Source: a virus
Taxonomy: Duplodnaviria; Caudoviricetes
DNA: 64,000 nucleotides
IMG/VR virus record: IMGVR_UViG_3300032327_000792
Direction: 5' to 3' (one strand)
A program made the position numbers and the translations under genes. Positions 57,984 through 64,000 of this stretch are shown piece after piece; position 1 is the stretch's first letter; each line of letters opens with the position of its first letter. Below the pieces are notes generated by a model. The model saw only the letters and a list, made by a program, of their open reading frames with translations, did not search any database and was not told the DNA's origin.

Positions 57984-58917
57984 TTTGCTTTTTCCTTAAT
58001 TCAATCTTTATCTTACTGTGTTCTCGTGCTTGCATTATAATTAGCAATGCTCCTAGTCTGCCATACTCAATCACTGCATCGTTTACATCTTTTATTTCAT
58101 CTCCCCACTGGGGCATGCTCACTGACCACCCTAGTTCAATGGCACGATCCACCAGTTTCATTCCTGCTGCATCTTGATCGGGTACCACAACAACTTCTCT
58201 ACCCAGACTTCTGATCACCCGTACTTGCGCATCGTTAATTTCGGCATGTAGCACTGCCAGTCCTCCAATGCTGAGAGCATCAAATACACCTTCCATGACC
58301 AACACTGATTGCCATGCGTTGCGTTGTAGGTCAGTACCAAACACATACCCGGGTTGCATGTCATTTAGATATTTGGGGGTACGATCGTCTAGAAATCTGG
58401 TACAATTTCCCACCACTTGATTGTCATGCGTGAATGGAATAACAATGCCTGGACGTGGTGTTGCCTTGAACAAAAATGGATAGTCCAAACTGATACTTCT
58501 ACGGTTCAAATATTCTATTGCTTGTGCTGACAACTCTTCAGTGTCTGCAGGTAAATCACGTTCTTCAAATTCGATATCCACTGGCTTTTCAACTAGCTGT
58601 CTAGATTCTAAAATACCATTAATTGATTTGTGTCGTAGACTTTCTAAGTTAATACGTTCTATTTCTTCCTGGGGAACCATTAACCATGACAAAAACTTGC
58701 GTGCTTTGAATGTTAAATTACGCCCCAACACAAAGCTGGCAGTATATCCACAGTTAAAACAATGATAGCTCCATCCTTCCTCGCCGAGCTTCAATCCGCC
58801 ACGCGATCTTCGATCTTGGTTTTCACCATTGTGTACACAACAAGGTGCATTGAAACTTATCCAGCCCGAACTTGATGTCTTACGTCGAGCAGGTAGATAA
58901 GCGAGAATGTCTAGCAT
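57961..58917 (-). CDS. DNA primase (zinc finger plus TOPRIM)
   Basis: APCC.H..HCFNCG; VMEGVFDAL; PDQDAAG; KDVNDA. Confidence 0.88.
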   Translation of the reverse strand: MLDILAYLPARRKTSSSGWISFNAPCCVHNGENQDRRSRGGLKLGEEGWSYHCFNCGYTASFVLGRNLTFKARKFLSWLMVPQEEIERINLESLRHKSINGILESRQLVEKPVDIEFEERDLPADTEELSAQAIEYLNRRSISLDYPFLFKATPRPGIVIPFTHDNQVVGNCTRFLDDRTPKYLNDMQPGYVFGTDLQRNAWQSVLVMEGVFDALSIGGLAVLHAEINDAQVRVIRSLGREVVVVPDQDAAGMKLVDRAIELGWSVSMPQWGDEIKDVNDAVIEYGRLGALLIIMQAREHSKIKIELRKKQIVKRLRN

Positions 58918-59651
58918 TCATACATTGTACAGGAATCTATTTGGGAAATCAAGCGATCGCGGACAATTTGATGTCCAAGTTCGTTGGGGTGGCCGCCAGG
59001 CATGATCAGTTGTCGTTTTTGGTTGTCCACACGGTCTCTAAAATGCATGGTCCAAGAAAAATCAGGTTCTATAATGGTGTCCAAATTCACAGTCATTGGG
59101 GGAGGCATAATATGAAATTGCATAGTGGGTATTTTTCTTTTGTGGCTCACACTGTCAAACAATAGCACTGCCTGTTGATAGTTCAATGCCGACAATTCTC
59201 TTGAATCAGTCAATACCAAATAGCGTTTGATCATGTCAGTGAATTCGGGTCCAATTACACTGCTGCCAAAATGTATCCATGTGCTGTGTACAAACTTGTT
59301 CCAAGGAGGGTCGTTTGAATAATGCGTATGATTGGGATTGTAGAAACTGGTTCGATCTGCTTCAGTCAATGCTACCAACACCAGACATTGATCCGGGTTG
59401 GGCTCATGTTCCAGCCACCAGAGATAAGTCCAAATAGTGCTTTGTAAACTGCCTCCGGGGATACCAAAATTTTCAGTGGGTACATTGTAATGTTGGCCCA
59501 ACAACCCTAAAAAGCAATGCTGTTCTCTATAGGGTACATTTTGTACCCAACAAGAGTGTGCATCTTTTTCAGTTGCAACCAACACAGGATCCAACAATTC
59601 GTCGCCGTACATCCAGGAGTCGCCAAACCCAACAATCTTTTTGAATTTCAT
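58911..59651 (-). CDS. SGNH/GDSL hydrolase-like protein
   Basis: FGDSW, NFGIPGGS, GGHPNELGH. Confidence 0.65.
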   Translation of the reverse strand: MKFKKIVGFGDSWMYGDELLDPVLVATEKDAHSCWVQNVPYREQHCFLGLLGQHYNVPTENFGIPGGSLQSTIWTYLWWLEHEPNPDQCLVLVALTEADRTSFYNPNHTHYSNDPPWNKFVHSTWIHFGSSVIGPEFTDMIKRYLVLTDSRELSALNYQQAVLLFDSVSHKRKIPTMQFHIMPPPMTVNLDTIIEPDFSWTMHFRDRVDNQKRQLIMPGGHPNELGHQIVRDRLISQIDSCTMYEC

Positions 59652-59669
59652 CTAGTAATTATCGATGAA

Positions 59670-60782
59670 TTATCTGTACTTTAAATTAACCACGTGTCCG
59701 GTTGAAATAATGACTTGTGCAGCAGTCATTGTGGGCGGTACTGGTCTATAGCCCGATCCGCCTGTGACCACAGAGATACTGGCAATTTGTCCATTGGACA
59801 CAGTAGACACTGCTGACGCTCCTGCTCCTTCGCCCACGATTTGAATCAATGGCGGAGCTTGGTATCCTTGACCTGCGTTCACAATGCTGATGCCTGTAAC
59901 CACACCATCTGCAACTGTGGCAGTGGCCTGTCCAGCATAGCCCATGCTCAGGTTGCCGCTTTCACCAGTGGTGTAGATTGAGTTGTTGAAACACAATCTA
60001 ATCAAAGGATGCCAGCCCACAATGGTCATTGACACTGTGCCAGTACGGTTCAAATACTGTGTGGATTCTGTGATATTGTAAAATATGCTTTGATATGTTT
60101 CGGCTGCTTGTGCCTTGATAGTACCTGTATATCCAATCAAATCAAACTGAACAGTGGTAATGGCGCTGCGGGGTTCAATGAAACTTGAGTAAAATTCAGT
60201 GGATTGATACGGGGTGTAGTTGTTGATGGGTGACCCGCCCTGCAATGCCCAATCTGGATAGTTGCTGGAACTGGACCCACCATAGCTGTCTCGGGCTGTT
60301 AGATCTGTTGTGGGTATTGTGAGCTCTGCACTGGGCACAAATTCAGGATATATTGAGTCCACAATGTCCACTGGAGCTGCAGCGCCTGCCTGTGCATCAG
60401 TGAACACTGCTTCTGTCAAGTTGCCCGAAGTTCTGCTGATACTGTAGTTTGCTGGTTGTGCTTCAATATAGTTCAGTGCATCTGCTGTCAGTGTGACTTT
60501 GGCACGTCCTGCTGTGGCATTGATAATCACCATTTGGGTGGCCGTCATCAGCTCTACACCGTCTTGACTGATCAAGCGAAATATCAGGCTACTACCCGAA
60601 ATATTTACAGGCTTTTGATCTTGGTTGATGAACTCAAATAGTATGACATTATCAACACCTTTGTTTATGGTTAGTTTTTTTGCGTACACAGGGTCGTACC
60701 TCATAGTAAAGTAAGCACCACTGGTGTCTACTGCCAATACTCTGGTTTTTTGTTGATATAGATACGCCGTGGTTGAATACAT
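59670..60782 (-). CDS. Probable baseplate/tail structural protein
   Basis: C-terminal repeats ATATVADGVVTGISIVNAGQGY / AVSTVSNGQIASISVVTGGSGY. Confidence 0.65.
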   Translation of the reverse strand: MYSTTAYLYQQKTRVLAVDTSGAYFTMRYDPVYAKKLTINKGVDNVILFEFINQDQKPVNISGSSLIFRLISQDGVELMTATQMVIINATAGRAKVTLTADALNYIEAQPANYSISRTSGNLTEAVFTDAQAGAAAPVDIVDSIYPEFVPSAELTIPTTDLTARDSYGGSSSSNYPDWALQGGSPINNYTPYQSTEFYSSFIEPRSAITTVQFDLIGYTGTIKAQAAETYQSIFYNITESTQYLNRTGTVSMTIVGWHPLIRLCFNNSIYTTGESGNLSMGYAGQATATVADGVVTGISIVNAGQGYQAPPLIQIVGEGAGASAVSTVSNGQIASISVVTGGSGYRPVPPTMTAAQVIISTGHVVNLKYR

Positions 60783-60825
60783 AGTTATTATTTAGCGATT
60801 TTAGAATTGGTAAATATCTCTGCTT

Positions 60826-61203
60826 ATGGGCAATGACATCTTTACCAAACTTGCAGACAAATATCCTTTTATAACTTTGTGTATCTACGCCACCACAGAA
60901 TATGTGGGAATTATACAAAACAAAGACGACACTATCACCACGATTTACGATTTTGGCAGCATACAAGATCCGGATTTGAAACGAGAATTTTTGGAATTGG
61001 CCAATGTATGGTGGTGGGAAAGCAACAGATCAATTCCTATCAATATTTTCCTAAAATCTGAGTGGGATCCATTCCGAGCCTATCTCAAAACATTTGTAAA
61101 CAAGGATTTGGAAGTGGTCCACGGACCTGTGTGCAGTCTTGTTGATATGGCTCGTAAAAAGAGCAAACGCAAGAGTATTACACTGGTTCGGCGGGTTGAC
61201 TGA
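60826..61203 (+). CDS. Conserved hypothetical protein
   Basis: YVGIIQN..TIYDFG..WWWESNRSIPINIFL; TAAATA 9 nt upstream. Confidence 0.7.
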   Translation: MGNDIFTKLADKYPFITLCIYATTEYVGIIQNKDDTITTIYDFGSIQDPDLKREFLELANVWWWESNRSIPINIFLKSEWDPFRAYLKTFVNKDLEVVHGPVCSLVDMARKKSKRKSITLVRRVD

Positions 61204-61756
61204 GCAAGTTCATATGCAAAGTCACCAGCATTGCATATCCCAGGCTGTGAGCTTTTTTAAACACAAATCCTCGACTGGCATCGCCATCCCAAACTGATTC
61301 AAATACTTCGCTCCAGGGTCGACCTTGCAAATGAGCCTTGCCCGGCCTAATGATTGAGATAAATGCTGCCATTCTAGGTATCGAATCTGGCTTCATTTGT
61401 TTCAGTAATTCTGCGTAATTGCCCACGTGAACCAGTTGTTTGACCCACTCTATATCTGTCCACAAGCGTGCCCAATTGGGTTCTTTGTTCAACATAGTTT
61501 GATAATGCTCGGGACTCTTGACCAGATTGTACACACTCATATTGAGCAAGTCTATTTTGAAGTAGCCACGTTGTTCAGCTGTTTCATAGTCTATGGCCGC
61601 ACACTGATTCACTGGATCGTAGGGTATGCCTGTGACATAAACACCTGAGTTATGACGGCGTACTTGCCCTTGATGCATTTGTCTGGCCGGAATAGCCTGT
61701 ATCAACTTTAACAGTTGATCTCTATCGGCCAAGTCCAAATCAATATCTGCACTCAT
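61178..61756 (-). CDS. Miniature family-C (DnaE-like) polymerase core
   Basis: ADIDLD, HNSGVY, YFKIDLL, ISIIRPG, FVFKKAH; only 192 aa. Confidence 0.75.
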   Translation of the reverse strand: MSADIDLDLADRDQLLKLIQAIPARQMHQGQVRRHNSGVYVTGIPYDPVNQCAAIDYETAEQRGYFKIDLLNMSVYNLVKSPEHYQTMLNKEPNWARLWTDIEWVKQLVHVGNYAELLKQMKPDSIPRMAAFISIIRPGKAHLQGRPWSEVFESVWDGDASRGFVFKKAHSLGYAMLVTLHMNLLSQPAEPV

Positions 61757-62427
61757 TACCAGCCTGCTTTCTTTAGTATATCTCTAGCGTATTCACGATC
61801 TGCCATGTAATCGGAGAACTTTTTGGTCCATACTTCCGAGTCAATATAAGGCCAAACCATGGCAACTTGTGTAGCGTCTAGCTCACTTAGAAATTTCTGA
61901 CCCGACTCTGAATTGTACAAAACCCAAGGGCTGATACGTCCCGACGTTACAGCATAGGCCATGGCATTTGAGTTGCCATATCTCAAACAGTCATGCGCCG
62001 GATGTCCGGATTTTTCGGCCCAGTCCATGCCAAACTCAATGGCACGAGCCAGGGCATCATTGATATTTTCCACTCGCAAATAATCCAACAGGTACTCTGT
62101 GTAGATCGAATCCTTGCACCAATGATCAATTTTTTTGTTTTGACGGATTAGCCACTCAGTGAAACGCATAGGATTGATTGCTCGTATGGCCACACAGTGT
62201 CTGCCAAACTTGACAAATGCACGATAAAAACTTGACTCTGCAAAGTCATCAAACGTTTTTAGTTTGGCCGAACCTTGAGTTATTTCGTAGAACTTTAGAT
62301 ATGCCTGAAGACCCAGTTGCACACCGCGTTCGTTGCATTCTTGATGTCGACGTCGGGGCTCACACACGTGAACCGCTAGTGTACTTTCTTTAAGGAAATC
62401 TTTTTTGCAATATCTACATTGATACAT
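61756..62427 (-). CDS. Hypothetical protein with an N-terminal C2H2/C2HC zinc finger
   Basis: YQCRYCKKDF..ESTLAVHVC. Confidence 0.7.
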   Translation of the reverse strand: MYQCRYCKKDFLKESTLAVHVCEPRRRHQECNERGVQLGLQAYLKFYEITQGSAKLKTFDDFAESSFYRAFVKFGRHCVAIRAINPMRFTEWLIRQNKKIDHWCKDSIYTEYLLDYLRVENINDALARAIEFGMDWAEKSGHPAHDCLRYGNSNAMAYAVTSGRISPWVLYNSESGQKFLSELDATQVAMVWPYIDSEVWTKKFSDYMADREYARDILKKAGW

Positions 62428-62876
62428 TATTTGTCGTTGCCGTGTGCCTTGACGTAAGCATCAAGTTCTTTTTTGGTAGTGATGGCCGCTAGCACTGCCA
62501 GCTCATCGGATTTCATGTTGGGGAATAATTCTGCCAATTGTTTCTTCATGGCACTGGCTCCAGCACTAGTTTCTTTCTTTTTGGGTGCAATCCAGTTGTG
62601 TCTGTGAATGCCCATGCCGGGACTGACTGCTGTGGCCATGAGCCACTGTAATTTAGGATGACGACTCAGTGCAAAGAAGTGCTTGTTGAGATAGTGATTG
62701 GTGCTTTGCACATAGTATTCCTGCATCTCACGGGAACCTTGTATGCTGGATCCCCACCGTAGCATCAAGAATGTTGAGAACTTTTTGCGTTCTTCGTCAG
62801 TTAAGCTATCGTAGAATGTTCGATCCTTGCGGTCAAACACACTCATCTCGTTGGCAATGTTTAGTCGATCACTCAT
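62427..62876 (-). CDS. Clamp loader small subunit (T4 gp62-like)
   Basis: FYDSL.DEERKKFS.FLMLRW.S..N.H...HPKLQW..WI..KKK. Confidence 0.65.
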   Translation of the reverse strand: MSDRLNIANEMSVFDRKDRTFYDSLTDEERKKFSTFLMLRWGSSIQGSREMQEYYVQSTNHYLNKHFFALSRHPKLQWLMATAVSPGMGIHRHNWIAPKKKETSAGASAMKKQLAELFPNMKSDELAVLAAITTKKELDAYVKAHGNDK

Positions 62877-63114
62877 CTTTGCTTAAATTGTATAGCATTA
62901 CGCATTGTTCAAGAGCTGTTTTCAATGCGGAATTGGTCTTTGCGGCTTCGCATATTTTGTGCCAGTCCACTGTGGTTCTATAAGGATCGTAATCTGCACC
63001 GCTTTCATACCCAACAACTCGCCGAGTACTGGGGTCAGCACCATGTTCGCGAGCATAGACTATGCCGCCAGCTCGTTCGTAAATCAATGTTGCTCCGGGT
63101 GTAAGTGTGCCCAT
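62869..63114 (-). CDS. Hypothetical protein
   Basis: LIYERAGG.VYARE.G..RRVVG. Confidence 0.6.
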   Translation of the reverse strand: MGTLTPGATLIYERAGGIVYAREHGADPSTRRVVGYESGADYDPYRTTVDWHKICEAAKTNSALKTALEQCVMLYNLSKDE

Positions 63115-63115
63115 G

Positions 63116-63616
63116 TTACCAAGCCTTGTTGTAGTCTACAATTTCACAGTTACGACTGATGTCTTTGACAAAGTAAACACATTCTGGCCGTTCACTGTCG
63201 TCCAACGGAACACACAGCATCTGTCCGTTTTTTAGTTTGGGAGCATACCAACTGACTTCTTGGTATACGTCTATAATTTCAATGTCTGGAAAGCTGGGTC
63301 TAAAACTGCTGAGTGGATTGAACTGAAATGCTTTGAATCCGCGATCGTTGATTGATGTCAAAGGCAACACTTCTAGATCACCCAAGTCTGGCTCACCAAT
63401 CAAGATTTGCCAGTCTACGGGCATTTTGATTTTCTTGTTGCCAATGCGCAACACCAGTGCAGGAGCATTAAAACTCTCTAAAAATATCAACGGAATGTAG
63501 TGATAATCGGGATCAGCTGGTGTGCTGTTATCTAAGATAGCAAAACGCATGTCATCTACTTCTTCCGGCAAATGATCAAGGTCAAAGCTCTGGTCGTCTA
63601 AGGTTAATATTCTCAT
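63116..63616 (-). CDS. Conserved beta-rich hypothetical protein (possibly Hint-fold-like)
   Basis: 166 aa with its own sigma70 promoter. Confidence 0.6.
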   Translation of the reverse strand: MRILTLDDQSFDLDHLPEEVDDMRFAILDNSTPADPDYHYIPLIFLESFNAPALVLRIGNKKIKMPVDWQILIGEPDLGDLEVLPLTSINDRGFKAFQFNPLSSFRPSFPDIEIIDVYQEVSWYAPKLKNGQMLCVPLDDSERPECVYFVKDISRNCEIVDYNKAW

Positions 63617-63622
63617 GTTTAT

Positions 63623-63651
63623 ATAATATAGGATTGTTGATCAAAAGTCAA
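63623..63651 (-). promoter_or_regulatory. sigma70 promoter
   Basis: TTGACT-17 nt-TATTAT. Confidence 0.65.
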
Positions 63652-63652
63652 G

Positions 63653-64000
63653 TTATTTTAACTTCATCCACTCAAGTTTTTCTTGTGTAAAAGGGTACTT
63701 GGCTTCTTTGTAAAACTGCTTGCGTTTGGTCAAATGACGTTTGGCAAACTTGCAGGTACTGGTTAAATCCCAGATCTGCACAAAGTCTTTGTCTTCGGCT
63801 TTTCTAATACCTCGTCCTATGCTTTGAATTACCCGAACAAAACTCTTGCCAGGTTCCACCAGCACAAGATTAAATATGCGAGGAATATTGATACCCACAG
63901 CAGCCACTCCGTAGGTGGCCACAATGATTTTATCATTGACGTCTGCCACTTCATCGTATTCTTCCTTTCGGTCCTTGGCCTTGGTAGCACCCGACACAAA
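63653..64000 (-). CDS. uvsW: SF2 DNA helicase UvsW, C-terminal part (partial)
   Basis: IVATYGVAAVGINIP, KSFVRVIQSIGRGIRK, IWDL; runs off the window. Confidence 0.88.
   Translation of the reverse strand, partial: FVSGATKAKDRKEEYDEVADVNDKIIVATYGVAAVGINIPRIFNLVLVEPGKSFVRVIQSIGRGIRKAEDKDFVQIWDLTSTCKFAKRHLTKRKQFYKEAKYPFTQEKLEWMKLK

Noticed and set aside
63116-63616. Intein
   Set aside because: Free-standing gene with own promoter; no N-terminal Cys/Ser or C-terminal His-Asn

Overview
64 kb segment of a large T4-like (myovirus-type) dsDNA phage, mostly on the minus strand, standard genetic code, with no tRNA, CRISPR array or integrase seen. A proteobacterial (possibly betaproteobacterial, aquatic) host is inferred from GroEL/IscU/ClpX similarity. 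Core phage genes: gp41-like helicase, primase, gp62-like clamp loader subunit, UvsW, DNA ligase, NrdA/NrdB/glutaredoxin, PAAR, tail spike and other structural genes, with T(A)TAAATA late promoters. The host-manipulation cargo is unusually rich: proteostasis (ClpP, ClpX, ClpS, GroEL/ES, Hsp20, bS21), Fe-S assembly (IscU, ErpA, IscA), a curli/T8SS set (CsgF, CsgG, curlin) with FecR and a CHASE2 adenylate cyclase, a glycan-modification locus with a StrB1-like amidinotransferase, a desaturase and a PagP-like barrel. Best candidate for an undescribed system: a phage-borne plcP-ugd-agt operon (phospholipid-to-glycolipid remodelling) preceded by an 11-bp-period PhoB/OmpR-type box; a near-identical box precedes a candidate small RNA on the other side of the operon. 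Also notable: three ROSE-like RNA thermometers with covarying stems, a T4-style RBS-sequestering hairpin on csgF, a 192-aa mini-DnaE with all catalytic aspartates, a stand-alone paralog of the cyclase C-terminus, and a nucleotidyltransferase-ligase fusion. All family calls come from motif recognition by eye; no searches were run.
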